Sequence record: ON645936.1
Source of the DNA: Escherichia phage N2
Direction: 5' to 3' (one strand)
Length of the DNA stretch: 64,000 nucleotides
Under the pieces are notes generated by a model. It was not told where the DNA came from and did not search any database. It saw only the letters and a list, made by a program, of their open reading frames with translations. This document shows positions 9,750-19,921 of this stretch, piece after piece. The number at the start of each line of letters is the position of its first letter. The first letter of the stretch is position 1. A program made the position numbers and the translations under genes.

Positions 9750-9989
9750 TTAAGCCTTTTTATCAAGAACAGCATTAAGCTTGTTAGTAATTTTATCCAG
9801 ACGCTCATTGAACTCGCTAGAAGATAAGCCTTTTTCTGGAGAAATTAAGCTAATTACGAAAAATATAGCAATAAAAGGAATAAGAAAAATAGCACCAACT
9901 GCCATAAACAAAAAGAACGTTACAGTTGTAAGAAAATCAGCTAAACCTTTACGAAATTTATACATATTTACCCTTAATTGATTAACCAA
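9750..9989 (-). CDS. hypothetical small membrane protein
   Basis: 79 aa with one long hydrophobic segment (TVTFFLFMAVGAIFLIPFIAIFFVISLI). Confidence 0.45.
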   Translation of the reverse strand: MVNQLRVNMYKFRKGLADFLTTVTFFLFMAVGAIFLIPFIAIFFVISLISPEKGLSSSEFNERLDKITNKLNAVLDKKA

Positions 9990-10079
9990 GCATTGATAAG
10001 TACTAAACTATACTGCGAATAAAATTCTGGACCAAAATGAAAAATCATATCATTTATAGTATCAATAATATAATTCAGT

Positions 10080-10571
10080 TTAATCATGTTTCCACACCCC
10101 ATCGGTATTTGACCAAAGTCGCTGATTATCTGAACCTCGCCACAGCTTTTTGGTTGGAAGATTTTTCTCATACTTCCCATCAATAATAACATCAACATAT
10201 TTAAGCATTTCTAGTTGTTTAATATCTTCAAACTTGTACCCTGTCCACAACCAAATGCTTTTATTTGGATAAAGATTTTTTACAGTTTGAACAATGCAAT
10301 GAACATCATCTCGGTTATCAGGATAAAGAGGGTCACCTCCAGTTATAGTTAATCCTTCTATATAATCATTATTCAAACATTCAATTAATTGTTCTAGTGT
10401 TTCACCAGTAAATGGAACGCCATTTCTAGCATTCCATGTTGATTTATTATAACACCCTTCGCATTTATGCAAACAACCTGTAACGAAAAGAACTGTCCTG
10501 CATCCAGGACCATTAACAAAGCAGCACGGGTATATTCTGTCATAATTCATAATAATATCCAATTTTTCCAA
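10080..10571 (-). CDS. nrdG: anaerobic ribonucleotide reductase activating protein NrdG (radical SAM)
   Basis: CLHKCEGC radical-SAM cysteine cluster; adjacent to nrdD. Confidence 0.85.
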   Translation of the reverse strand: MEKLDIIMNYDRIYPCCFVNGPGCRTVLFVTGCLHKCEGCYNKSTWNARNGVPFTGETLEQLIECLNNDYIEGLTITGGDPLYPDNRDDVHCIVQTVKNLYPNKSIWLWTGYKFEDIKQLEMLKYVDVIIDGKYEKNLPTKKLWRGSDNQRLWSNTDGVWKHD

Positions 10572-11377
10572 GCTTCATCAGTAGAATTACAGCGTTTTAG
10601 TATAAGATGTCTAGAAACTTTTATGGCATTTGAGCACTTTTTAATTGAATCATATTTAATACCGTCAACTGAAACGGTTTTGCTAGTTGGAGAAATTTTT
10701 CCATACATTGGATTTTTTGAACCAACTTGAAGTCCTTTTAAAGCTTTTGAAAGCTTTTGTCTAGATTCCAATGACATGGGAGAATTCTTTTTACCTTCAA
10801 TAATTCGCTTGCGATGAAGTTCGCGTTCTTCTTCACTCAAAGAATTGTAATATTTTTTAACACCGTTTGATATAGATAATTTATCTTTCTCAGACCGCTC
10901 TCCAGCTAATTTACTTCTAACATCTTTTCGCTTCATAGCTATGCTTACGGCTTTATTTAAATTTGCTTGATGCTCTGGCGTACGTTTATATTTCTTTAAA
11001 GCACGTGAAATAGCTATTTTAGTTTCTTCTGTTCTCTTTTTACCTTTATTTGCTAAACTATTTTTGCGGCGATGTTCAAGTGTCTGTTCATAGGCAGTTC
11101 CACCTTTTCCACCAGGTTTAATATTATATGTATTTTCTTTTAGACAATACTCTTCGGTTACAAGTTCAGCTTCTTTATCATACATTTGTTTTTCATTATC
11201 AAAAACATGTAAAATTTCTTTATTAAAATTTTTTCTACCATATTTTAATAAAGCGGCACGAATCAATGTTCCTGACCCCATATAACCGTCATTTATGTTA
11301 TCGGTGCTATGCGCACCGATATATTCCTTTGAATTAATTATATTTGTTATTTTATAAATTATATAATACCTATGCAT
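10547..11377 (-). CDS. GIY-YIG homing endonuclease (Seg-like), free-standing between nrdD and nrdG
   Basis: 276 aa; YIIYKITN...KEYIG...GYMGSG GIY-YIG module; basic C-terminal DNA-binding region; overlaps both neighbours by a few nt. Confidence 0.7.
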   Translation of the reverse strand: MHRYYIIYKITNIINSKEYIGAHSTDNINDGYMGSGTLIRAALLKYGRKNFNKEILHVFDNEKQMYDKEAELVTEEYCLKENTYNIKPGGKGGTAYEQTLEHRRKNSLANKGKKRTEETKIAISRALKKYKRTPEHQANLNKAVSIAMKRKDVRSKLAGERSEKDKLSISNGVKKYYNSLSEEERELHRKRIIEGKKNSPMSLESRQKLSKALKGLQVGSKNPMYGKISPTSKTVSVDGIKYDSIKKCSNAIKVSRHLILKRCNSTDEAWKNWILL

Positions 11378-12714
11378 GTTTTACTCGTTTTACCATTTCT
11401 TTCATTTTACCTAAATTCCATGGAACAACGCTAGGAGTTCCAAGATATCCGCATGTTCTTCTTATTGTGTTCATCTTTTTAGGATCAGTTTCTCCACAAA
11501 TAGAACAAACAAATCCGTTTTCAGTAGGAGTCATTTCATGGGTACTTCCACATGTAAAACATTTATCTACTGGCATATTAACACCAAAATAATCTAAATG
11601 TTGTGCAGCATAATCCCATACAGCCTCAAGACCTTTTAGGTTATTTTTCATATCAGGAAGTTCAACATAAGAAATGTGACCACCTGTCGCAATGAAATGA
11701 TACGGGGCTTCGCGAGAAATCTTTTCAAACGGAGTAATATTTTCTTCTACTGAAACGTGGAAACTGTTAGTATACCAGCCTTTATCGGTAACATCTTTTA
11801 CACTTCCATATTTCTCAGTATCAAGTTTACAGAAGCGATAGCACAGGTTTTCAGCAGGAGTAGAATACAAACTAAAAGCAAATCCGGTTCTTTCAGTCCA
11901 CTGCTTAAGACGAGCATTCATTTTAGTTAAAATTTCTTGTCCAATATCACGACCGACAAGAATATTCAATTCGTGAATACCAATGTATCCTAAGGACACT
12001 GAACTTCTACCGTTTTTAAATAACTCAATTATATCGTCATCAGGTTTAAGACGAACCCCGAATGCACCTTCTTGGTAAAGAATAGGAGCAACAGTCGCTT
12101 TAACTCCTTTTAAGGAACTAATTCTACACATCAAAGCTTCAAAACATAAATCCATTCGTTCATTGAACAATTCGGCAAATTTCTGTTCATTGAACTGTGT
12201 TCCAATATAAGAATCTAACGCAATACGAGGAAGATTCAGTGTTACAACGCCAAGATTATTACGTCCATCAAGAATTTCATTACCAGTGGAATCTTTCCAT
12301 ACGCCCAAGAAACTACGACAACCCATTGGAGAAACAGGAATAGATGAACCTGTGATAGCTTTATTGTTCTTAGCTGAAATAATATCAGGATACATCCTTT
12401 TGCTTGCGCACTCTAAAGCAAGCTGCTTAATATCATAGTTCGGATCGTCTTTATAAAGATTAACACCCTCTTCAACGAACATAACAAGCTTAGGGAAAAT
12501 AGGAGTTATCCCATCACGACCGAGACCTTTAATACGATTTTTCAGAATTGCTTTCTGAATCATTCGTTCAGTCCAGTCAGTTCCCGTGCCAAACGTAATT
12601 GTTACAAAAGGCGTTTGTCCATTAGAGCTGAAAAGTGTATTTACTTCATCATTATATTCAGCATGAGTCGCAAATTCATGCCCGTTTATATGAAACAACA
12701 AAATTTGGATAGTC
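11370..12714 (-). CDS. nrdD: anaerobic ribonucleotide reductase NrdD, exon 2 (3' splice site approximate)
   Basis: 443-aa open frame ending at the same stop as class III RNR; upstream end of the frame runs into the intron. Confidence 0.8.
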
Positions 12715-13446
12715 CATAGATATGCAACGTTCTTTTATAGTGCTAGGATGAAAATTTAGCGCTTTAGCTGCTTCTATATAAGACGTATACTTAATACCGT
12801 CAACAACCACATATTCAGGAACTTTATGAATAGTAGTCTTAATACTCAAAACAAGAGGATGAGTTTCGACTTCACTTTCAGTGCAATTTAAATATTCCGC
12901 TGCTTTTTTAAAACTTCTAAAAGTTTTATTTTTAAGCTTTATCGATACTTGTTTTTTACTTTTTCGACTATTGATATTATTTTGCACATGTTCCTTAGAT
13001 CTTCCGTTTTTAGCATAATATTCAGCTACAGAAGATTTTATATTGTTTTTATGAGATTCGGATAACACTTTACCCTTATGAGCATCTCTTAATTTTTGAA
13101 TATGTTCTTCAGTATCCGGATGCTTATAAAACTTTTTACCGCCTATGGATTTATTTAAACATTTTTTGCTATAAAAATATTTACGTATGACCTCTTCTTC
13201 ATGTTTTAATGCATCTTTATAACTATCAAATGTTTTTAAAATTATCCATTTAGTAGGTGTATCAGTTTTTAAGCGTTCATTTATATACTTAGATGACGTT
13301 GTGTAAGTTTTCCAGTTTGTGGGCTTGTTTTTAATTGTTCTAAATTTTTTATAACCGATATAAATGTCGCCATTAGAAAACTTAACTAAGTATGTAAATG
13401 CGTCTTTATCTTTTATTTTAGTACAACGTCTTTTTATCCATTTCAT
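12676..13446 (-). CDS. intron-encoded homing endonuclease (I-TevII-like)
   Basis: 256-aa ORF inside the nrdD intron; GDIYIGY motif; T4 nrdD intron encodes I-TevII. Confidence 0.75.
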   Translation of the reverse strand: MKWIKRRCTKIKDKDAFTYLVKFSNGDIYIGYKKFRTIKNKPTNWKTYTTSSKYINERLKTDTPTKWIILKTFDSYKDALKHEEEVIRKYFYSKKCLNKSIGGKKFYKHPDTEEHIQKLRDAHKGKVLSESHKNNIKSSVAEYYAKNGRSKEHVQNNINSRKSKKQVSIKLKNKTFRSFKKAAEYLNCTESEVETHPLVLSIKTTIHKVPEYVVVDGIKYTSYIEAAKALNFHPSTIKERCISMDYPNFVVSYKRA

Positions 13447-13694
13447 TGTTTCACCTCGTATTCATAAGATAATCTTATTTATACAAGATGACTGCTGCAT
13501 GTCGCCATGCAGATTAGACTATATCTTCATCTTTCGATGCCGGCCGTTTCGAATAGCATTAGCTTCTATTCTACACCGCTACATTCATCACGGTTAGTCG
13601 TTAGGCATTTAGTTCAAAAGAACATTTAGCACGGGATTGTCTACTAGAGAGGTTCCCCGTTTAGACCGGTTTTACATGAGCCTGAATTAAATTA
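12715..13694 (-). other. group I self-splicing intron in nrdD (boundaries within a few nt)
   Basis: conserved core ACGGGGAACCUCUCUAGUAGACAAUCCCGUGCUAAAU on minus strand at 13621-13663; P1 pairing UAUGAGU(exon)/GCUCAUG(guide) at the exon 1 end; contains an endonuclease ORF. Confidence 0.8.
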
Positions 13695-14232
13695 ACTCAT
13701 ACGCCTGGAATGCATCGTATACGTCTTTTTCTGTTTTAGATTGGGCATAATTCAATGCATCTGCGATTTGCCATTTTTCCGCGTCCTCAATATGTTTTGC
13801 ATAGGTGCGTTTAACATAAGGAGAAAGTACTTTATCTACATTCGCAAAAGTCGTTCCACCATATTGATGGGAAGCAACCTGTGCAGTAATTTGTGCCATA
13901 ATTGCAGTAGCAACGCCAATTGATTTAGGAGTTTCAATTTGAGCATTGCCTAATTTAAATCCATTCTCAAGCATCCCCTTTAAATCGACTAAACAGCAAT
14001 TAGTAAATGGAAGAGCAGGGGAATAATCAATATCGTGCACGTGAATAATTCCGCTTTCATGCGCTTTCATAATAAAAGACGGGACCATATTTTTGGCAAT
14101 GTGCTTAGACACAATACCAGCCATAAGGTCCCGTTGAGTTGGAAAAACACGAGAATCTTTATTAGCATTCTCGTTTAAAAGGTCTTTATTAGTTTTATGA
14201 ATCAATCCTTCAATTTCTTTTTCAATTGTCAT
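13687..14232 (-). CDS. nrdD: anaerobic ribonucleotide reductase NrdD, exon 1 (in-frame stop at 13687 lies in the intron)
   Basis: 181-aa N-terminal segment followed directly by group I intron core. Confidence 0.8.
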   Translation of the reverse strand: MTIEKEIEGLIHKTNKDLLNENANKDSRVFPTQRDLMAGIVSKHIAKNMVPSFIMKAHESGIIHVHDIDYSPALPFTNCCLVDLKGMLENGFKLGNAQIETPKSIGVATAIMAQITAQVASHQYGGTTFANVDKVLSPYVKRTYAKHIEDAEKWQIADALNYAQSKTEKDVYDAFQAYELI

Positions 14233-14702
14233 TTTAAACTCTTTCTAAGCTGCTTCTTAAATGAAGCTATTAATTGTGTTTTAGTGTCAGATTCATTATA
14301 TTCAAATCCTCTTTGAAGCATCTCAGCCATCATTTCCTCTTTTCCTAAACGAGAAAATTCCTTTGATTTATCTCCAACAAAGTTAGGGTGAATATTATTT
14401 TGGGTGTAATCGGATTTTAAATAAGTAAGTAAATTTTCTAACCATTCAAGATAATCAACACCTTGTCCCTTTAAACCAGAACGATTAAATTTGTGTTTCA
14501 TTTGACCTTCTGCTGCATTGCAGAGATTACAAAGCAATCCACGTACCTTTCCTGCTTTTGGTCCATTTAATTCATGGTCATGGTCAAGGTGATTAGCTTG
14601 AACATCAGGATTTAGTTCTCGTTGGCAAATTAAGCATTTACCGTTTTGTGCATTATAAAATTTTTGTTTTTCTTCTTTGTATAATTTGCCAGTCAATAAC
14701 AT
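14229..14702 (-). CDS. 49: endonuclease VII (Holliday-junction resolvase) gp49
   Basis: 157 aa; MLLTGKLYKEEKQKF...CLICQRELNPDVQANHLDHDHELNGPKAGKVRGLLCNLCN recognised as T4 endo VII. Confidence 0.95.
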   Translation of the reverse strand: MLLTGKLYKEEKQKFYNAQNGKCLICQRELNPDVQANHLDHDHELNGPKAGKVRGLLCNLCNAAEGQMKHKFNRSGLKGQGVDYLEWLENLLTYLKSDYTQNNIHPNFVGDKSKEFSRLGKEEMMAEMLQRGFEYNESDTKTQLIASFKKQLRKSLK

Positions 14703-14751
14703 AATAAAACCCTTACCTTAAATAGATAAGGGTATTTATTATTTTCAAGTA

Positions 14752-15216
14752 TTAAAATGCTCGGTCAGAAAAAGAAATTTGAGTTTCAAGCCATTCAATA
14801 TATTCTGCCGCAGCTTGCATCAAATTTCCTTCATAACCATCGTTATTTTCTTGTGCAGCTAATTTAGCTAATGCATATGAAATACGTTCACCTTGAAAAG
14901 CGGCTTTAGGTTTATGAATAGCTTGATCAACTCGTTCTACGACTTCTTCAATTTCGCCATTTTCTACCGATTCAGTATTCCATAAGCACCAATACGTAAT
15001 TGGCTTATCGTAGATGTTAATAATCTTTCCATCAGAAAGTTCAATTTCAATAATTCCAATATCAGGTTCTATATCATCTTCACATTCTTTTACAAGTTCA
15101 CGAACTTTAAATACAGTACCTGCACTAAGTTCCGGCCAGTAATTACACAGCTCTTTATCAGCACGATTAATTCTAAACCACTTATCTACTGTAATCATGT
15201 CCCATCTCCGTATCAA
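14752..15216 (-). CDS. hypothetical protein (position corresponds to T4 pin / 49.x)
   Basis: 154-aa acidic ORF upstream of gene 49. Confidence 0.45.
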   Translation of the reverse strand: MIRRWDMITVDKWFRINRADKELCNYWPELSAGTVFKVRELVKECEDDIEPDIGIIEIELSDGKIINIYDKPITYWCLWNTESVENGEIEEVVERVDQAIHKPKAAFQGERISYALAKLAAQENNDGYEGNLMQAAAEYIEWLETQISFSDRAF

Positions 15217-15321
15217 TTAAGTCATTTATCGTTGGTTCATTATATACTGTTTCTTCATCAGTGTAAACCGGTTCTTCCGGCTCTGGCTCTACAGTTTCCC
15301 ATCTAACCGCCCACCAGGGTT

Positions 15322-15630
15322 TTATAGCGTAATCCATTCTCGTATTGTCTGAGTTACTACACGTTCACGGGGCTCGACTAATTCAACAGTCGGAACTGCA
15401 TAATACCAGTCAGAATGGTAAGAACCTGAACGGCATTCATTTACGGAAACATGTACATTATGTTTTTGGCTAAAATAAACACACTGCCGATATTGGCATT
15501 TACCATCTTGCACCCAGTCTTCTATTTCGATAGGTTTAAGATAATCCGAAAAATCGAAATCATAATTTTCAGAAAATGCATCATGGTCTTCGATTATTTC
15601 ACTCAAAACTGCATCAACATCGTAAATCAT
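15322..15630 (-). CDS. hypothetical protein
   Basis: 102-aa ORF. Confidence 0.45.
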   Translation of the reverse strand: MIYDVDAVLSEIIEDHDAFSENYDFDFSDYLKPIEIEDWVQDGKCQYRQCVYFSQKHNVHVSVNECRSGSYHSDWYYAVPTVELVEPRERVVTQTIREWITL

Positions 15631-15632
15631 AT

Positions 15633-15848
15633 TTACCCCAGTTTAACCATGCAATCGCCATATTTCCATTTAGAAATAGACTTTTCACCATTAGAATAAT
15701 AAACTTCGAGTTTAGCACGGCCATTTTTAATTTGAATAACCTTTGCTGTCATCAAAGTTCCATACCCATAATAAACTGCAACCTCATCACCCACATATAC
15801 CGCGCTTCCGCGGTAGTCATGGATATAATCAGTTCCTTCAAGCATCAT
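15633..15848 (-). CDS. hypothetical protein
   Basis: 71-aa ORF, ATGA-coupled to nrdC. Confidence 0.45.
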   Translation of the reverse strand: MMLEGTDYIHDYRGSAVYVGDEVAVYYGYGTLMTAKVIQIKNGRAKLEVYYSNGEKSISKWKYGDCMVKLG

Positions 15849-16108
15849 TTAAAGTATTCCCGCAATTGGTCAAATCCACCAATATGACTTCCATCAGGAG
15901 CAAATACTTGTGGCATCGTCAGTCCAATTTGAGTATCACGACCAAGTTTAGTCAGAAGCTCAGCGATTTTCTCATCATCAAAAACACCTTTTTCCGGCAT
16001 AATGTTGATAAATTCAAACGGCTGTTTCTTCACAGTCAAAAGACGTTTTGCATTATCACAATATACACATTTATGGATGTTGCTATCATAACCATATACT
16101 TTAAACAT
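15845..16108 (-). CDS. nrdC: thioredoxin NrdC
   Basis: 87 aa; MFKVYGYDSNIHKCVYCDNAKRLL with CVYC active site, recognised as T4 thioredoxin. Confidence 0.95.
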   Translation of the reverse strand: MFKVYGYDSNIHKCVYCDNAKRLLTVKKQPFEFINIMPEKGVFDDEKIAELLTKLGRDTQIGLTMPQVFAPDGSHIGGFDQLREYFK

Positions 16109-16109
16109 A

Positions 16110-16331
16110 TTATTCCTTAATTCCTAGTACTTGTTTAAAAGTCTCGTCGTAATCAAGACTTTGGCCCGTTTGTTCTTTATGTTTGTATATAATATCACTT
16201 ACTTCTGATAGCATATTTTTATATGAACGAGTTAAAGCAGATTTAAGAACGCTATATCTATCAGGAAATTTACCGTGTTCATTATAATAAGCTATTGCTA
16301 ATTCACGGACTGCTTTTTCAGCAATCTCCAT
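16110..16331 (-). CDS. hypothetical protein
   Basis: ORF 16110-16400; internal start chosen to avoid overlap. Confidence 0.35.
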   Translation of the reverse strand: MEIAEKAVRELAIAYYNEHGKFPDRYSVLKSALTRSYKNMLSEVSDIIYKHKEQTGQSLDYDETFKQVLGIKE

Positions 16332-16338
16332 ATATTCT

Positions 16339-16656
16339 TTACGCTTGGTCATTTTCTTCTCTCTCAAATCGGTGTTTGCAATGACGGCATTTATATTCAA
16401 GTTCCGGTTTACGCCAGTTAATCAATTGGACCTGTTCAGTACCGCATTTTGGGCAGTTCGGAACATTCTTAGAAGCCCTTTCGCGGCGTTCAACCATAAC
16501 CATAATGGCATCCCAAGCAGGAGGTTTAAAGTCTAGATCGTCACAACCATGAATCTTTCCACGCATTTCTAGATCGTCTTCTTCACCAGCCATAATAGTT
16601 TTAATTAGACTAGAATTACTTGAAGCTGCAATATCTTCTAATAAGCGCTTTTTCAT
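16339..16656 (-). CDS. hypothetical protein with C-terminal zinc-ribbon (CPKCG...CRHC)
   Basis: 105-aa ORF with two CxxC pairs. Confidence 0.45.
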   Translation of the reverse strand: MKKRLLEDIAASSNSSLIKTIMAGEEDDLEMRGKIHGCDDLDFKPPAWDAIMVMVERRERASKNVPNCPKCGTEQVQLINWRKPELEYKCRHCKHRFEREENDQA

Positions 16657-17582
16657 TTCAATACCTCAATAGCATTACGTAAACCATTTGCTTTTGCATT
16701 AAGAGCTTTTAACAATTTAGTGTGTTCGGCAATCTGGGCTTCAACTTCAATCAAACGAGCATTGAGATATTCGCGTTCTTCGCTCAGGTTATCAACCTTT
16801 TCTACTTTAGGTTCTTTTACAACTGGCTTATATGTATTAGGATTCTTCAGTTTAATTAGAATGCGTGAACTGTATAACATTGAACCATTATCTTCGGTTT
16901 CGTCATACATTTCCACTACGTCCATCATCTCCACCATCGTGCAGAGTTTATAAGACAACGAACGAATAGTTTTGTTATGCTTATTAATTTCTCTAGCTGT
17001 CATGGTGCCGAGATTACGTGAGTAATAATAAGGAACCTGGATATTAATTAATACTGATGAACCACCTGGCTTGTGTGTTACTTCATCAGCAATAACCCAG
17101 TCCTTAACATGAACTGTATTTGTACGGTCATCGCCCGCAGTAAATAGTTTACGAGCATGCTTAAAAAGCATATTCACTTGGTCATTGAATTGACAAGCAA
17201 ATTTATCAGCAAATTTAGTTTCAGGAATGGTAGATAACCAATCAGCTAAATGGGTCTTTTTAACATCGTTAACAATAGTAAATTCAACCAAATCGGTTAT
17301 AGATGTCGCAGATTTAATGAAGCTCGGCTTCATAAAGTTTTTAATGTTATCACTAGCTACAGTAGAAGATAACAGACGAGAACGTTTAAACCATTGAAGC
17401 AAATTGCCTAACGAATGAGAATAAGCGTTTTGAGTATCTTTACAGATATGATTTTCCTGGCCAACATATTGAAAGAAATCACGAAGAATATTATTGATTA
17501 CTGCTCTGTGCCCAATCTGATAATTACGGTGTTTAGTAATAAGACTATCAAAATAATCAATATAATGTTTACGAGTTTTCAT
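16653..17582 (-). CDS. hypothetical protein with C-terminal coiled-coil
   Basis: 309-aa ORF. Confidence 0.5.
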   Translation of the reverse strand: MKTRKHYIDYFDSLITKHRNYQIGHRAVINNILRDFFQYVGQENHICKDTQNAYSHSLGNLLQWFKRSRLLSSTVASDNIKNFMKPSFIKSATSITDLVEFTIVNDVKKTHLADWLSTIPETKFADKFACQFNDQVNMLFKHARKLFTAGDDRTNTVHVKDWVIADEVTHKPGGSSVLINIQVPYYYSRNLGTMTAREINKHNKTIRSLSYKLCTMVEMMDVVEMYDETEDNGSMLYSSRILIKLKNPNTYKPVVKEPKVEKVDNLSEEREYLNARLIEVEAQIAEHTKLLKALNAKANGLRNAIEVLK

Positions 17583-17590
17583 GGTGTTCC

Positions 17591-18479
17591 TTAAGATTTA
17601 AGTAAATCAACAATTTTAATTAACTTTTCACGCTCAGATTTAGCTTTACTACTCAATCCAGATAGTCTGAAAATTTCATCATCATATTGTTGAATAGAAA
17701 TATTCAGCTCTTCAATTTGCTTATTAAAATAATCAATTTGTTCAGAATGTTTTTCATTACTATGAACCGGTACAGGTTTTGTAGGCAATTTAGTTGAACT
17801 GGATTCATCCGGGCGATAAATTAAAATACAACTTGAACCAATCGGACATTTAGCACCAGACACATATTCTAATGTTCCGGCTTCTTTTAAAATTTCAAAA
17901 GCTAAACAGAGATGATGCCCCATATTAACATAATCTGTAGAGCGAGCTCTGACGTAATAATCATCTCCATGAGTACTAAATTTAAAGCATTTAAGGTCTT
18001 CTGTATTATTAGTTTTAAAAATCATTTGTTTATCTAGACCTTTAGCTAATCGAGCGCCCAATGCTAATAATCGTCGTTGATTTTCCCACAAATCTGCGAT
18101 CATTTGGTCAAATGATAATTTCGGCATTAGTCGACCATAAAGGTCATATCCTTTATTATAATTGCGAAGAATTTCACTCGCGTTAATGCGAGACAACGCT
18201 CCAATTTTATTAAGGGCTTTCATGATGCGATTAGATAAAAGCATTCCAGACCCGTTTGTTCGTTGTAAATGTTTTTCTAATCCAAATCCAATATCAACTT
18301 TAAACTTATCTAAAATTTCGGCGTGAACATCTTTATCAATAACATTTAAATTTAGTACTGGGTTAAATTTATGAAAAAATTTATCTGACTCGTCGTGTTG
18401 AAGTACAGTCCATTCATTTGATTTTTTTATTAACTAAAGATTTAATTACTGCATTGACATTATTAATTGCTACTGACAT
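17591..18479 (-). pseudogene. hypothetical gene interrupted by a +1 frameshift in an A7 run (or sequencing error)
   Basis: ATG at 18479 sits 8 nt after the upstream stop and reads 21 codons to a stop; the 78 codons upstream of the 217-aa ORF are open and protein-like with no start; the frames join if the A7 tract (18422-18428) loses one A. Confidence 0.45.
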
Positions 18480-18486
18480 ATTTTCC

Positions 18487-18894
18487 TCACTCAATTTCAA
18501 TTTTACTAAATACACAGAATATGATTGAACAGACTACATAAGCACCGCACACAGATTGAACTAATACCATCCCAAAGAACCAAACAATATTATCAAACAG
18601 TGTCTGTTTTACGTCGAAAGGACGTAAACTTACAGTAATATTATCACCTTTTTCTATTGAAGAATACATCTCTGGGGAAATATATTCACTAAATCTATAA
18701 CCGTCTTTGAGTTCATATACAGCAATAAACGATAAACTAGACCCTTTTCCTTGTGTTCCTGTGATAGTATTAACTACAGTAACATCATAATCTTTATAAT
18801 GCATATAATCATTAATTGCGTAATAACCGTATGCAATTGCTATACATAAACAACATATCAATAAATTCAATCTTTTAATTATCAACTGTTTCAT
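18487..18894 (-). CDS. hypothetical membrane protein
   Basis: 135 aa; hydrophobic segments at both N- and C-terminus. Confidence 0.5.
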   Translation of the reverse strand: MKQLIIKRLNLLICCLCIAIAYGYYAINDYMHYKDYDVTVVNTITGTQGKGSSLSFIAVYELKDGYRFSEYISPEMYSSIEKGDNITVSLRPFDVKQTLFDNIVWFFGMVLVQSVCGAYVVCSIIFCVFSKIEIE

Positions 18895-18949
18895 AATAAT
18901 CTCAATTAAAAGGGCTTAGAACCATTATACCATCCTTGGTATAAAGCAG

Positions 18950-19477
18950 TTATGCGAGTACCGTCTTTAACCGTTCTTCAAACTTCCGAAGAGTATTTTG
19001 GCGTTCAGCTCTTTGCTTTTTGTAAGTTTCAATACGCTCTGAAATGAGAGTGTATCGTTCATTTACTGATTCTTTCATAAAATCAGGAATTTCACGAGAA
19101 GCTTTAATCTCATCAAATTTATCAATAACAGCTTGCTCTTCAGCAATTAAATTATCATACATTAAAATATCTTTCTTGATGAACTCAATATCTTCTTGAG
19201 TTACACGAGACATTTTAGATGCTTTATCCTTTTTGTAATGTTCGTTAGTATCACGAGACCAGTGTAATGTACGATTTTTATTCGTATTTTTGTAAATTTC
19301 TACAATACCAATCTCATCGATAATAACGATCCAATTCCAACGGGATTTGTAAATTTGTCCTCCATCAACCGTGATTTCACCTCCGATTGAGATGTCGTTA
19401 AAGAACTTGCTTTGTGCTTCAGATTTAAATTTACCATCGTTGTAATTTACCAAGTTGAAAATATCTTTAGCGTTCAT
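18950..19477 (-). CDS. hypothetical protein
   Basis: 175-aa ORF with GGAGG Shine-Dalgarno, downstream of early promoter 19505-19535. Confidence 0.5.
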   Translation of the reverse strand: MNAKDIFNLVNYNDGKFKSEAQSKFFNDISIGGEITVDGGQIYKSRWNWIVIIDEIGIVEIYKNTNKNRTLHWSRDTNEHYKKDKASKMSRVTQEDIEFIKKDILMYDNLIAEEQAVIDKFDEIKASREIPDFMKESVNERYTLISERIETYKKQRAERQNTLRKFEERLKTVLA

Positions 19478-19504
19478 TTTCTGTTCCTCCGTAGTTGATA
19501 GTTG

Positions 19505-19535
19505 TATAGTACCACAGAGGAACAGTCTTGTAAAC
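19505..19535 (-). promoter_or_regulatory. T4-type early promoter (GTTTAC-N18-TACTATA)
   Basis: minus strand GTTTAC...TGGTACTATACAACTATCAAC motif shared with several other sites. Confidence 0.5.
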
Positions 19536-19537
19536 CA

Positions 19538-19852
19538 CTAAAAGAAACTTCTTTCACAATTTTTTCCACTGAACCATGCGCTCACTGCTTTCTTAGTCTC
19601 AGGAGCAGTGTTATCCATAAACCATTCAAAGGCAGCCTTTTTATGATTCTGGAGGGCTTCTCGGGCTTTAATCTGCTCACGGTCTATTAACACTAACATA
19701 TGAGCCTTTCTTGTCACCATGGGCTTCTTATGATTTTTTGAATACTCCCAGTCATTTGTCCATCGCATTGTCGTTGCGAATTGAAATACAGCTTCTTTAA
19801 TCTTAGTTTCGTAAATTTCACGAGCCTTTGAGTATAACATCACTACCTCCAT
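19538..19852 (-). CDS. hypothetical protein
   Basis: 104-aa ORF. Confidence 0.45.
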   Translation of the reverse strand: MEVVMLYSKAREIYETKIKEAVFQFATTMRWTNDWEYSKNHKKPMVTRKAHMLVLIDREQIKAREALQNHKKAAFEWFMDNTAPETKKAVSAWFSGKNCERSFF

Positions 19853-19921
19853 TCACCAGTTTAATTCTAGTCATCTTTTTGATGGCAGTCCATATAATCT
19901 ATTTCTGAACTGCCTTTTGTC

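Noticed and set aside
9974-10198. 74-aa minus-strand ORF
   Set aside because: Mostly an alternative frame of the nrdG 3' end; hydrophobic junk-like composition.
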